DNA of 64,000 nt from Chitinophagaceae bacterium MMS25-I14 (GTDB lineage: Bacteria > Bacteroidota > Bacteroidia > Chitinophagales > Chitinophagaceae). Of the stretch, positions 52,711-62,689 are shown piece by piece; position 1 is the first letter of the stretch, and every line of letters begins with the position of its first letter. The stretch is from the NCBI GenBank assembly GCA_052161885.1, contig CP197396.1:678399-742398 (forward strand), in the 5' to 3' direction. A program made the translations under genes and the position numbers. The notes beneath the pieces were generated by a model. That model made no database searches and was not told where the DNA came from. It was given only the letters and a program-made list of their open reading frames with translations.

Positions 52711-54036
52711 ATGAAATACCAGATTCAGCCGGCCACAGGAAAACTGGGCGTATTGATACCCGGACTCGGAGCTGTAGCAACCACCTTCATAGCAGGAGTG
52801 GAAGCGATTAAGAAAGGATTGGCACAACCTGTAGGAGCGCTTACGCAGATGGGCAGCATCCGCCTGGGCAAAAGGACCGAGAACAGGTACCCGATGATTA
52901 AAGATTTCGTACCTCTTGCAGGCCTTAACGACATAGTGTTCGGCGGCTGGGATGTATATGACGACAACGTGTATGAAGCAGCAGTGAATGCCAAAGTACT
53001 GGAACCTGCCCTGCTCCATTCCATAAAAGAAGAGCTGCAGCAGCTGAAACCAATGAAAGCGGTTTTTGACCATGAATACGTGAAGAACCTCGATGGCAAT
53101 AACATCAAGGAAGAAACGAATAAATGGGAACTGGCCAAAGCCCTGATGAAAGATATTGAAGACTTCAAGGCAAACAATAACTGCGACCGTCTTGTAATGG
53201 TTTGGTGCGCTTCTACAGAAAAGTACCTGGAGCTTTCCGATATTCATCAGACGATTGAAGCATTTGAAGCTGCTCTGAAGGCAAACGACGAACGCATTTC
53301 TCCAAGCATGATCTATGCATACGCTGCGATCCGTATGGGCGTTCCTTTTGCAAATGGTGCACCCAACCTTACCTGCGACATTCCTGCCCTTATAGATCTT
53401 GCAAAAGAACTGCAGGTACCGATTGCCGGTAAAGACTTCAAGACAGGACAGACGCTGATGAAAACCATTGTAGCACCGGGCCTTGCTGCACGTGCACTCG
53501 GTATACGCGGCTGGTTCTCTTCAAACATCCTCGGTAACCGCGATGGCCTGGTACTGGACGATCCGGATAACTTCAAAACAAAAGAAGTATCCAAACTGAG
53601 CGTGCTGGAAGAAATCCTGCAGCCGGAAATAAACCCCGACCTGTATGGAGAGCTGTACCACAAAGTGCGTATCAACTACTATCCTCCACATGGCGACAAT
53701 AAAGAAAGCTGGGACAACATTGATATCTTCGGCTGGCTGGGTTACCAGATGCAGATCAAAATCAACTTCCTCTGCCGCGATTCTATCCTTGCAGCGCCCA
53801 TCGTACTGGACCTTGCATTGTTTATGGATCTCGCATCACGCGCAGGTATGAGCGGCATACAGGAATGGTTATCATTTTATTTTAAATCACCGCAGACAGC
53901 TCCTGAACTGAAGCCTGAGCATGACATCTTCAAACAACTGATAAAGCTGCAGAACACACTGCGCCACATCATGGGTGAAGACCTGATCACGCACCTTGGT
54001 CTGGACTATTACCAGGAACTGGTTGAAGCACTCTAA
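52711..54036 (+). CDS. myo-inositol-3-phosphate synthase
   Basis: MIPS family. An N-terminal Rossmann fold is followed by the GKDFKTGQTLMKT and NGSP-type catalytic region. Length 441 aa. Confidence 0.9.
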   Translation: MKYQIQPATGKLGVLIPGLGAVATTFIAGVEAIKKGLAQPVGALTQMGSIRLGKRTENRYPMIKDFVPLAGLNDIVFGGWDVYDDNVYEAAVNAKVLEPALLHSIKEELQQLKPMKAVFDHEYVKNLDGNNIKEETNKWELAKALMKDIEDFKANNNCDRLVMVWCASTEKYLELSDIHQTIEAFEAALKANDERISPSMIYAYAAIRMGVPFANGAPNLTCDIPALIDLAKELQVPIAGKDFKTGQTLMKTIVAPGLAARALGIRGWFSSNILGNRDGLVLDDPDNFKTKEVSKLSVLEEILQPEINPDLYGELYHKVRINYYPPHGDNKESWDNIDIFGWLGYQMQIKINFLCRDSILAAPIVLDLALFMDLASRAGMSGIQEWLSFYFKSPQTAPELKPEHDIFKQLIKLQNTLRHIMGEDLITHLGLDYYQELVEAL

Positions 54037-54041
54037 ATAAA

Positions 54042-54488
54042 ATGCACAAAGTAATATCCTCCGGTTTCGGAATCGGTTATATAGGCAAGGGCGGCGGCAC
54101 AGTAGCTGCAATAGCAGCCTGCGCAGTATGGTACCTGGTACATGCCGGAGGATATTCATTTCCGTTGCAGCTTACCATAGCAGCAGCCATCAGTCTGCTG
54201 GGCGTATGGTCGGCCAACGTAGTGGAAAAGGACTGGGGGAAGGACGATAAGAAAGTAGTGATTGATGAAATAGCAGGCATGTGCATAAGCCTCATCTGTG
54301 TTCCGGCCACACTGGCCGCCATTATTGCGGGATTGGTACTGTTCCGCTTCTTCGACATAGTAAAGCCGCTATACATTAAACGCTCAGAAAACCTGCCTGG
54401 TGGCTGGGGTGTTATGATGGACGATATAATTTCCGGGATTTACGCAAATCTGATTTTACAATGCATCATATACCTGAAATGGCTGTAA
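54042..54488 (+). CDS. pgpA: PgpA-family phosphatase (phosphatidylglycerophosphatase A-like; candidate phosphatidylinositol-phosphate phosphatase)
   Basis: 148 aa. The PgpA pattern is present (GFGIGY...DEIAGM...FRFFDIVKP). Confidence 0.75.
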   Translation: MHKVISSGFGIGYIGKGGGTVAAIAACAVWYLVHAGGYSFPLQLTIAAAISLLGVWSANVVEKDWGKDDKKVVIDEIAGMCISLICVPATLAAIIAGLVLFRFFDIVKPLYIKRSENLPGGWGVMMDDIISGIYANLILQCIIYLKWL

Positions 54489-54489
54489 G

Positions 54490-54861
54490 ATGATTACGTT
54501 TCTTAAAGCACAGGCATCGTCACTCATCGCTACACTGGCAGACTTTCTTATTTGTATACTCCTGAAAGAACTGGCCGGAGCATGGTACCTCGCTGCTACC
54601 GCAACGGGCACTATCGCCGGAGGGGTTGTGAATTTTATCATCAATAAAAAATGGGTGTTCAGCCCGGAAGATGATAACACAACGGCACAGATCATAAAAT
54701 ATTTCCTGGTATGGGGTGGCAACTTCATCCTCAACATAGCAGGCGTTTACTTACTCACAAATTATTGCGGTCTTCATTACATCGCTTCAAAAGTACTTAC
54801 AGCAACAGCAGTCGGATTTTGCTACAACTATGTTCTGCAGAAAAAATTCGTATTCAGATGA
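54490..54861 (+). CDS. GtrA-family membrane protein
   Basis: 123 aa with 4 TM helices. GtrA signature (GGVVNFIINKKWVF). The stop overlaps the next start (ATGA). Confidence 0.7.
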   Translation: MITFLKAQASSLIATLADFLICILLKELAGAWYLAATATGTIAGGVVNFIINKKWVFSPEDDNTTAQIIKYFLVWGGNFILNIAGVYLLTNYCGLHYIASKVLTATAVGFCYNYVLQKKFVFR

Positions 54862-57425
54862 ATCTCTTGATTAAATATATAGCCCGGACTACCCTGCCAC
54901 TGCTGCTGCTTTTCTGCATGCTGTCATTTACAGCTGCGGCACAGGTTACAGTGGTCAAAGGCCGTGTAACAGACGCCGCCAACGGGAAGCCGCTTGCATA
55001 CGTCACAGTAAATTTTGTGGCAAGCAGCATAGGCACCAATACAGACGAACAGGGCAATTATGAGCTCTCTACAGATAAGCCATTTACACAGGTACAGTTT
55101 TCCTTCGTTGGGTATAAAACAATTAAAAAATCTGTTACCGCAGGCGAAACAAAGACAATAAATATAGCGCTTTCATCAGACACACGTGAGCTGGGAGAAG
55201 TAGTGATAAAGCCTAAAAAAACCAAATACCGCAATAAAGATAACCCCGCAGTAGAACTGATACGCCAGGTGATAGATCATAAAGATCAGAACCGCCCGCA
55301 AAGTAATCAGTACCTGGATTACCGCCAGTATGAGAAAATGAAATTCTCCCTGAGTAATTCAGCTGAAAAACTGCGCAAAAACATCATCTTCCGCAGGTTT
55401 AAATTCATGACCGAAAACCTGGATACCGTAACGCTGGAAGGAAAAGCACTTATGCCCTGGTTTATGCAGGAAGTGCTTTCTGACGTATACTACCGCCAGA
55501 CTCCCGAAAAGAAAAAAACAATTGTACTGGCCGAAAAGAAAGTTGATTTTGGCGAATATGTAGACAACCAGGGGGTAACCACTTACCTGAAACATATGTA
55601 CCAGGACGTGGACATTTACAAAAACAACATCAACGTTGTAACCAATGAATTCCTCAGTCCTATCGCAGACCTGGCACCTACATTCTACAAGTTCTACATT
55701 CTTGATACAACAGAGCACGATGGTGTGAAATGGGTAACCATGTTCTTCTCACCGCGCAACAAAGCTGATTTTCTCTTCCAGGGCCAGATGTTTATACCGC
55801 TGGACGGAAATTATGCAGTCTCCAAAGTAGACATGCACATCAGCAAATACATAAACCTGAACTGGGTAAAAGACCTGCACATCATACAGGATTTTGAACA
55901 GGAACAGGACAAAAAATATTACCTGCACAGCAGCACGATGCTTGCCGACTTCGGTCTGCTGAAAACCGGCAAGGGTGGCATTTTCGGGGAACGTACCGTA
56001 AGTTATAATAATTACCGGCTTAACGAACCGCACCCGGACAGCCTGTACAAAGGGCTGGATATAGTAGAGCTGAAAGGAAAAGGACAGGAAACAGATTCCT
56101 TCCTGGCACAGAACAGGCCGGATACGCTTACGGCTTTTGAACAGCAGACGTATATAAACATTGACAGCCTGAAGCACAACAAATCTTTTAACCGCACCAT
56201 GGACCTGATAACCCTGGTACTGGCCGGTTACAAGAAAGCATCACCCTATGTGGAAGTAGGCCCGGTGAATACATTTTACAGCTTTAACCCCGTAGAAGGT
56301 TTTCGCGGGCGTGTAGGCGGACGTACTACACCGCAATTCAGCAAACAGGTTTACCTGGAAAGTTATGTGGCATACGGCTTTAAAGATGAACGATGGAAAT
56401 ACTACGCCGGCGGTATGTATTCTTTCAGCAAAGGGAATTCTATTTTCCAGTTCCCGCTTACTATGCTTAAGGCAAACTTCCAGCGGGATACAAAAATACC
56501 CGGGCAGGAGTTGCAGTTTGTGCAGGAAGACAATTTCCTGTTATCGTTCAAGCGAGGTGTAAATGACAAATGGCTGTACAATGATATTTACAATGTAGAA
56601 TTCCTGAAGGAATTCCAGAGCCATTTCTCATACAGGATTGCCTACAAAAACTGGAAGCAATCGCCTGCAGGAGGATTGCAATATATACAGTCGGACGGTA
56701 TACAGAACAACACGATACCAAATATCACCACATCAGAAGCAACCGTGGAACTGCGTTGGGCGCCGCACGAGGAATTTTACCAGGGTAAAATATATCGCGT
56801 GCCTATTTTCAACCGCTACCCCATTTTTACATTCCGTACATCGGTGGGCATGAAGGGCTTCCTGGGCGGCGAATACAACTACCAGAGTACCATGCTGAAT
56901 GTGTACAAGCACGTATACCTGTCGCAGCTCGGTTATTCAGACATCGCAGTGGAAGGCGGTTATACTTTTGGCTCCGTGCCCTTCCCGCTGCTTTATATAG
57001 CCCGTGCCAACCAGAGCTATTCGTTGCAGCTGCAGTCGTACAATATGATGAACTTTCTGGAGTTTGTGAGCGATCACTATGCCAGCCTGTTTATAGACCA
57101 CTGTTTCAATGGCTTCTTCTTTAATAAGATACCGTTGCTGAAGAAACTTAAGTTCCGCGAATACGTTGATTTTAAGGCATTGTATGGTGGCGTACGTGAC
57201 GAAAACAACCCGGCGCATAATGCGGGTCTGCTGCAGTTCCCCACAGATATAAATGGTAAAACCACCACTTTTATTATGGGCAAAGAACCGTATATAGAAG
57301 GCAGTATAGGTGTAGGGAACATACTTAACTTTTTCAGGATAGACGTTGTGAAGCGCTTTACTTATACAGACAACCCGAACGTGTCTACGATAGGTATCCG
57401 CGGACGATTCAAATTTGATTTTTAA
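54858..57425 (+). CDS. CarboxypepD_reg-like + DUF5686 large outer-membrane protein
   Basis: The internal start MNLLIKYIARTTLPLLLLFCMLSFTAAAQ is a signal peptide. A carboxypeptidase-regulatory-like N-domain (VKGRVTDAANGKPLAYVTVNF) is followed by about 750 aa that are beta-rich and aromatic-rich. The ORF-track N-extension overlaps gtrA and is not real. Confidence 0.65.
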   Translation: MNLLIKYIARTTLPLLLLFCMLSFTAAAQVTVVKGRVTDAANGKPLAYVTVNFVASSIGTNTDEQGNYELSTDKPFTQVQFSFVGYKTIKKSVTAGETKTINIALSSDTRELGEVVIKPKKTKYRNKDNPAVELIRQVIDHKDQNRPQSNQYLDYRQYEKMKFSLSNSAEKLRKNIIFRRFKFMTENLDTVTLEGKALMPWFMQEVLSDVYYRQTPEKKKTIVLAEKKVDFGEYVDNQGVTTYLKHMYQDVDIYKNNINVVTNEFLSPIADLAPTFYKFYILDTTEHDGVKWVTMFFSPRNKADFLFQGQMFIPLDGNYAVSKVDMHISKYINLNWVKDLHIIQDFEQEQDKKYYLHSSTMLADFGLLKTGKGGIFGERTVSYNNYRLNEPHPDSLYKGLDIVELKGKGQETDSFLAQNRPDTLTAFEQQTYINIDSLKHNKSFNRTMDLITLVLAGYKKASPYVEVGPVNTFYSFNPVEGFRGRVGGRTTPQFSKQVYLESYVAYGFKDERWKYYAGGMYSFSKGNSIFQFPLTMLKANFQRDTKIPGQELQFVQEDNFLLSFKRGVNDKWLYNDIYNVEFLKEFQSHFSYRIAYKNWKQSPAGGLQYIQSDGIQNNTIPNITTSEATVELRWAPHEEFYQGKIYRVPIFNRYPIFTFRTSVGMKGFLGGEYNYQSTMLNVYKHVYLSQLGYSDIAVEGGYTFGSVPFPLLYIARANQSYSLQLQSYNMMNFLEFVSDHYASLFIDHCFNGFFFNKIPLLKKLKFREYVDFKALYGGVRDENNPAHNAGLLQFPTDINGKTTTFIMGKEPYIEGSIGVGNILNFFRIDVVKRFTYTDNPNVSTIGIRGRFKFDF

Positions 57426-57445
57426 CCTCAGCAAAAACAATTTGT

Positions 57446-58741
57446 ATGAGTAATAAGAAAACGAGAGATATACTGCAACAGACCATATACAAAGTAATAG
57501 ATCCCTTTGTACGGCTGCTGATACGTATGGGGCTTACACCAAATGCGGTAACGCTCATAGGTCTGCTGCTGAATATAGGTGTGGCAATAATTTTTATCAT
57601 CGGAGCAGAGGAAGGCAACCGCGGAGATCTTTCTTACGTGGGTTGGGCCGGCGGCCTCATATTATTTGCAGGCCTTTTTGATATGCTGGACGGACAGGTA
57701 GCCCGTATCGGTAAGATGAGTTCTGCATTCGGTGCATTCTTCGATTCTGTGCTGGACCGTTACAGCGAGCTGGTTATGTTCCTGGGCATTTGCTATTATC
57801 TCGTGTCGCACCACTATTTTCTCAGTTCACTGTTTGCGTTCATTGCGTTAATAGGCTCTATGATGGTTAGCTATACCAGGGCACGTGCAGAAGGTTTGGG
57901 CATAGAATGTAAAGGAGGATTAATGCAGCGTCCCGAACGCGTTGTGCTCGTGGGCATTTCAGCTATAGCCTGCGGTGTGGCCACATATTTTATCGGCGGA
58001 GATTATAAAGTATTTGTTCCGGGTATTCCTTTTCATGTGTTTGAGACCATGTCCATATTTACTATACCGCTTACGTTGATGGCGATAATGACCAATATCA
58101 CCGCAGTAAACCGCATACTGGACGCCAAAAAAGCACTGGATACAAAAGACCGGGAGAAAGCAAAAGCAGCAACCGTGAGTGCCAAGAATATTGTTGCGGC
58201 TTCGGTGCTTACAGCAGTATTTCTCGTGATTGCGCCTGCTGCTGTAAATGCACGTGCTGCTGTAATAAATGAACAGGACACCTTTCCGGTGCCGCACAAT
58301 ATAAAGAACATGATGTTCTATGTACAGCGCACCCCTAATACCAACACGATCGTATACGAACTGAATTACGCTAAAAACGGAACGCTCGACGAAGACAACC
58401 CGATACATGTTTTCTGGATACGTTACCAGGAACAGGGCCAGCGTAAAGAGTTGAATTATATCCAGCGGAAGTTTGCCTACGGCCTTAAAATAAATGCGCT
58501 GGAAAAAAACAAGTGGAAGCTCCGCTTTGTATCGTACGAAAAACATCCGATGTTTCTTACACTGGCAGACAACGGCAAATATTATGTATTCACACAGATC
58601 AACAACAGACGATCCGTATTGAACCGCATTTACCTCAAAATAGACGGAGGTACCTTCTGGTCGCCCAATGTATTATATATAGAACTGAAAGGAACAGATG
58701 CGGAAACAGGAAAAGAAATTGTTGAACGTATAAAACCTTAG
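57446..58741 (+). CDS. CDP-alcohol phosphatidyltransferase family protein with a C-terminal soluble extension (candidate phosphatidylinositol-phosphate synthase)
   Basis: The signature D(x)2DG(x)2AR...G(x)3D(x)3D is present as DMLDGQVARIGKMSSAFGAFFDSVLDRYSE. A ~170-aa non-TM C-terminal domain is unusual for this family. Confidence 0.8.
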   Translation: MSNKKTRDILQQTIYKVIDPFVRLLIRMGLTPNAVTLIGLLLNIGVAIIFIIGAEEGNRGDLSYVGWAGGLILFAGLFDMLDGQVARIGKMSSAFGAFFDSVLDRYSELVMFLGICYYLVSHHYFLSSLFAFIALIGSMMVSYTRARAEGLGIECKGGLMQRPERVVLVGISAIACGVATYFIGGDYKVFVPGIPFHVFETMSIFTIPLTLMAIMTNITAVNRILDAKKALDTKDREKAKAATVSAKNIVAASVLTAVFLVIAPAAVNARAAVINEQDTFPVPHNIKNMMFYVQRTPNTNTIVYELNYAKNGTLDEDNPIHVFWIRYQEQGQRKELNYIQRKFAYGLKINALEKNKWKLRFVSYEKHPMFLTLADNGKYYVFTQINNRRSVLNRIYLKIDGGTFWSPNVLYIELKGTDAETGKEIVERIKP

Positions 58742-58747
58742 ATCACC

Positions 58748-59374
58748 ATGCCTAAGAATTTTGTATCTAATTCAAAAGAGTCCGTCCGGATGTTTAAAAG
58801 CGACTTTATGGAAAGCCTTTCCAAGGTTCATTTCTCCGTACCGCTTATTATTTACATACCGGTTATAGCTTACTTTACCTACCGGGCGCTGGTGCAGATC
58901 AGCCTGCCGGCATACCTGTTGTATTTTGCCATAGGCATTGCAGTATGGTCGCTTGCTGAATATCTGCTGCACCGTTTTGTATTCCATTTCGTGCCCAAAT
59001 CAAAATGGGGCCTGCGTATGCACTTTATCTTTCACGGTGTGCATCATGACTACCCTAATGACGTAAAACGCCTTGTAATGCCGCCTTCAGTGAGCATTCC
59101 GCTGGCATTCCTGTTCTACTTTATCTTTTCCTTTATACTGCCGCAGGAGCATCTGTTTGCTTTCTTCCCGGGCTTTGTAACAGGCTACCTTTTCTATGAT
59201 ATATCGCATTATGCGCTGCATCATTTCAATTTTAAGGGCAACTTCTGGAAGAGGCTGAAGAAACATCATATGTTGCATCATTACTCAGACTCATCAAAAG
59301 GATACGGTGTGAGCTCACCGCTCTGGGACAAAATATTTTCTTCAGATTTTATTAAAACCAACGATGAACGATAA
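58748..59374 (+). CDS. fatty acid hydroxylase / sterol desaturase superfamily protein (candidate sphingolipid hydroxylase)
   Basis: His boxes are present (HRFVFH, HGVHH, HHMLHH). It is a membrane protein. Confidence 0.7.
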   Translation: MPKNFVSNSKESVRMFKSDFMESLSKVHFSVPLIIYIPVIAYFTYRALVQISLPAYLLYFAIGIAVWSLAEYLLHRFVFHFVPKSKWGLRMHFIFHGVHHDYPNDVKRLVMPPSVSIPLAFLFYFIFSFILPQEHLFAFFPGFVTGYLFYDISHYALHHFNFKGNFWKRLKKHHMLHHYSDSSKGYGVSSPLWDKIFSSDFIKTNDER

Positions 59375-60308
59375 TACCTCTGCTGTAACACTTAAGACGG
59401 TTTCCGGCTTACAGCGGATACTGCTGATGGTCTGCATCACTGCGGGCTACCTGCTGCTTTCTTATATCCTTATCGGCTTCCGGCCGGAACAGCTGTTTCT
59501 TTCCGCTGCTGTAAACCTGCTTTATTTTGCCTCTGCACCATCGCGCAAATTCATCAGCGGTTTTGCCGTGTTTGTTGTGTACTGGATCATTTTTGATTAC
59601 ATGAAAGCTTTTCCTAACTACCGGTTCGGAGATGTGCATATCGCGAGTATTTACCATGCTGAGAAGGCAATTTTCGGCATTCACTATAATGGCCTTTACC
59701 TGACACCGAATGAATTCTGGCTCCAAAACGGCAGCACACTGCTCGACGTAGTATCCGGTTTTTTCTATCTTACCTGGGTACCCGTTCCGTTGTTATTCGC
59801 AGCTTACCTGTTCTATAAAAACAAGAAACAATTCCTGTATTTCTCCTACACATTTCTGCTGGTAAACCTTATTGGCTTTGTGATCTATTATGTCTGCCCT
59901 GCTGCCCCGCCCTGGTATGTGCAGCAATACGGATTTACCTTTCAGCCGCATACACCGGGCAATACAGCCGGTCTTGCAAAGTTTGATGAATACTTTCATG
60001 TATCCATATTCAATTCGTTGTATGCCAAGAGCTCCAATGTATTTGCAGCCATGCCTTCCCTGCATTCTTCATATCCTGTTATCGTATTTTACTATGGGCT
60101 GAAAAACAGGCTGGGTCTTATAAACATACTGCTGGGCACTATTATGTGCGGTATATGGTTTGCGGCAATATACACGGGGCATCATTACATTTTGGATGTG
60201 CTTGCCGGGATTATGTGTGCGTGTGCAGGAATAGCTTTATTTAATATGCTGGGCAAAAGAGGATTTATAAAGAACGGACTTGACAAACTGGCCATCGCCA
60301 TATCCTGA
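59364..60308 (+). CDS. PAP2-superfamily polytopic membrane protein (candidate inositol-phosphoceramide synthase, AUR1-like)
   Basis: 314 aa with about 8 TM helices. PAP2-like C-terminal motifs are present (PSLHSSY, GHHYILDVLAG). It overlaps the upstream gene by 11 nt. Confidence 0.5.
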   Translation: MNDNTSAVTLKTVSGLQRILLMVCITAGYLLLSYILIGFRPEQLFLSAAVNLLYFASAPSRKFISGFAVFVVYWIIFDYMKAFPNYRFGDVHIASIYHAEKAIFGIHYNGLYLTPNEFWLQNGSTLLDVVSGFFYLTWVPVPLLFAAYLFYKNKKQFLYFSYTFLLVNLIGFVIYYVCPAAPPWYVQQYGFTFQPHTPGNTAGLAKFDEYFHVSIFNSLYAKSSNVFAAMPSLHSSYPVIVFYYGLKNRLGLINILLGTIMCGIWFAAIYTGHHYILDVLAGIMCACAGIALFNMLGKRGFIKNGLDKLAIAIS

Positions 60309-60409
60309 CGGTTTATGTTATGTATGCATAAACTTTACAACGGTATTAATTTTTTTGTGGTAAAACATATTATTTTACGATCCTTAAAACATAGGGACGA
60401 AAAGACACA

Positions 60410-61021
60410 GTGATGGACGTACCCAAAGATGAAATAATAAAAGCAGCTATCATCGAAGCTGCCAAAAAGCTCTTCCAGCAATATGGTCTGGCAAAGACTA
60501 CCATGGAGGATATTGCGAAAGCTGTAGGCAAAGGTAAAAGCAGCCTTTACTATTATTATGCTACCAAAGAAGACATCTTTGAGGCTGTAATGATAAAGGA
60601 TAAGGCTTGCATCATTGAGGAGACGAAAGCCGCAATTGACAAGGCTGGTACTGCCGAAGAAAAGCTGAGGACATTTGCGCTCACCATTCATAAGGCTGTG
60701 CGCAAACGGGTTATCCTGTTCAATATACTGAGCTCCGAGATGAAGGAGAATATGTGCATCATGAAGTCTGTACGCCAGAAATATGATGCCATTGAACTGG
60801 AATTGCTGCGGTCCATAATTGTATATGGTATAGAAACCGGCGAGTTTACTGCATATGACAAGGAAGAACTGGACGATGTGGCATTTGTAGGCACGAGTAC
60901 GTTTCGTGGGCTGCAGATACATCTCATACATGAAAACCACAGGTCGGCCTCGGGCATAAAACATCTGATCAATACTGCCGTAGATATGCTGGTAAAAGCA
61001 TTGAAGAAAGAGACAAAGTAA
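60410..61021 (+). CDS. TetR/AcrR family transcriptional regulator
   Basis: N-terminal HTH (TTMEDIAKAVGKGKSSLYYYYATKEDIF). Length 203 aa. Confidence 0.85.
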   Translation: MMDVPKDEIIKAAIIEAAKKLFQQYGLAKTTMEDIAKAVGKGKSSLYYYYATKEDIFEAVMIKDKACIIEETKAAIDKAGTAEEKLRTFALTIHKAVRKRVILFNILSSEMKENMCIMKSVRQKYDAIELELLRSIIVYGIETGEFTAYDKEELDDVAFVGTSTFRGLQIHLIHENHRSASGIKHLINTAVDMLVKALKKETK

Positions 61022-61107
61022 AGAGAAATCCAGGCCAATCATATAAAGCAAAAAGCCATCCGGTACGGATGGCTTTTCTTATTTTACTGAACTGAAAGCA
61101 GCAGTAA

Positions 61108-61851
61108 CTATTGTGTACGCATAGGACCGTAAAAGTGCAGTAATGTAGCATTATACAATGCAGCAGAGGCCGTATAGCTTATTTCAAAGTGTTCGGATTT
61201 GAAATTATAGATGCTCATTCTTCTCTTCTCTGCCCGGTTAAGACTAAAAAAAGTAGTTTGCCGTACACCAAACGGCTGCGGAGATACTATATGTGCAAAC
61301 CTGTAAGTCATGATGTGCAAGCCTAGTCCGCTCTGCCCGTTCTGGCTCTTAAGATAAATTTCCTCTGTAGGTTTACGCGGATCCGGAGCAGCAGTATCTG
61401 CAGCTGTAGACTCTACTCCCGCAACGCCAAAATACCCTATAATATAATTTGTATCCCCGGCAGGTATAACAGACCCGGCAACCGGCTGCAATTTATCGTC
61501 GAGTAAGGCGCCGTTAAATTTCTGTTCCTTTATCAATGCAGAATTGGTATCTGCAAAAAAATACACGGGGCAGTAAGTAAAATTGTCCTTAAAATCCTGG
61601 ATCATTTTCTGCTGCATTGTCTGTATATCTTCCTGCAGGAAAGCGAGCCGTTTTGTATCGTGTGTCTTTTGCAGGTATGTTCTGCGCGTGCCGCCGGTAG
61701 GTAATATCAGCAGCAATACCTTAGGTGGGTAATAACCATGGAAAATATTCTTTTTTTGCCTTTTGGTAAGTCCTGTTGTATCATAAGCCGACTGCGCAAA
61801 TGAAGAAACGGATATCAACAGAAACAACAAAGCAATGAGGCAGAAACGCAT
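61108..61851 (-). CDS. hypothetical secreted protein (paralogue A)
   Basis: The internal start MRFCLIALLFLLISVSSFAQS is a signal peptide. Blocks shared with the neighbouring gene include TYLQKTHDTKRLAFL and FTYCPVYFFADTN. Confidence 0.5.
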   Translation of the reverse strand: MRFCLIALLFLLISVSSFAQSAYDTTGLTKRQKKNIFHGYYPPKVLLLILPTGGTRRTYLQKTHDTKRLAFLQEDIQTMQQKMIQDFKDNFTYCPVYFFADTNSALIKEQKFNGALLDDKLQPVAGSVIPAGDTNYIIGYFGVAGVESTAADTAAPDPRKPTEEIYLKSQNGQSGLGLHIMTYRFAHIVSPQPFGVRQTTFFSLNRAEKRRMSIYNFKSEHFEISYTASAALYNATLLHFYGPMRTQ

Positions 61852-61879
61852 GTTTTCAAAAAAAATTATACTCCTGAAG

Positions 61880-62608
61880 TTAGTTTTTACCATGTAGAAT
61901 TCCTCTATAATGTTCTGTTAAAAGCCTGTCCAATTCTTCTGCAGAACGTACATATTGAATAGAAAAATGTGGTGAACTGTAACTATATCGGTGGTTGCGG
62001 AATGCGTTGAGGCTTCTGTTTCTGCCGACATAAAAACGCCGGTCTGTTTTGGTTTCTTTGAAATCCTTGTCCGTTACTACCAGCCCGGCCTCGAGAGCCT
62101 TACTATTGCTTGGATAATTTCCTGTTCCGTATGTTTTGTCGTAGACCCGTGCTTCCGGCGAGTCCGGATCTTCCGCCACACCTTCGGGTACTACATGTTT
62201 ATCTGTATTCGGGTAACCAAAATAGGCGATTTTAATTTCATCTGTATCTGAAATCTTGATGTTGCTGCCTAAGGGCTTCCTATCTGCATCCATCAGTACG
62301 CTGTAATTCTTGTTGATTACATCCTGCAGGTTGGTATCATAGAAATAGTAGACCGGGCAAAAATTGAAAAAGTCGTTGAAGTCATTAATCATTGCCCTGG
62401 TAGCTCCTTCTGAAGCTTCCCGGAGCCATGCCAGCTTTTGTGTATCTCCTTTTTGCTGCAGGTAAGTAGTCCTGTTTTTTTCTGTATTTATTTCTATCAA
62501 TATCACTTTAGGAGCAATACTAGGTTTTTTGCTCCGGGCATGAGCAGCGTCGCTCATGCAGGTGAAAAATAACAAAGCAAGTAAGATTTTGCGGGGTATA
62601 CAGTTCAT
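61880..62608 (-). CDS. hypothetical secreted protein (paralogue B)
   Basis: Signal peptide present. The conserved blocks TYLQQKGDTQKLAWL, FNFCPVYYFYDTN and IAYFGYPN match paralogue A. Confidence 0.5.
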   Translation of the reverse strand: MNCIPRKILLALLFFTCMSDAAHARSKKPSIAPKVILIEINTEKNRTTYLQQKGDTQKLAWLREASEGATRAMINDFNDFFNFCPVYYFYDTNLQDVINKNYSVLMDADRKPLGSNIKISDTDEIKIAYFGYPNTDKHVVPEGVAEDPDSPEARVYDKTYGTGNYPSNSKALEAGLVVTDKDFKETKTDRRFYVGRNRSLNAFRNHRYSYSSPHFSIQYVRSAEELDRLLTEHYRGILHGKN

Positions 62609-62689
62609 AAAATGATTTTATAGCCACAATATATAAAAAACATCCCCTTTGTAAAAGGGGATGTCTTATATAATTGTAAAAAATGTGAA

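Noticed and set aside
54711-54857. 49-codon N-terminal extension of the DUF5686 gene overlapping gtrA
   Set aside because: The signal peptide begins at the internal Met (54858), which forms an ATGA stop/start overlap with gtrA. The extension would overlap the gtrA coding sequence out of frame.
60335-61051. 238-aa minus-strand ORF
   Set aside because: It is antisense to the TetR regulator gene, which has a clear HTH.
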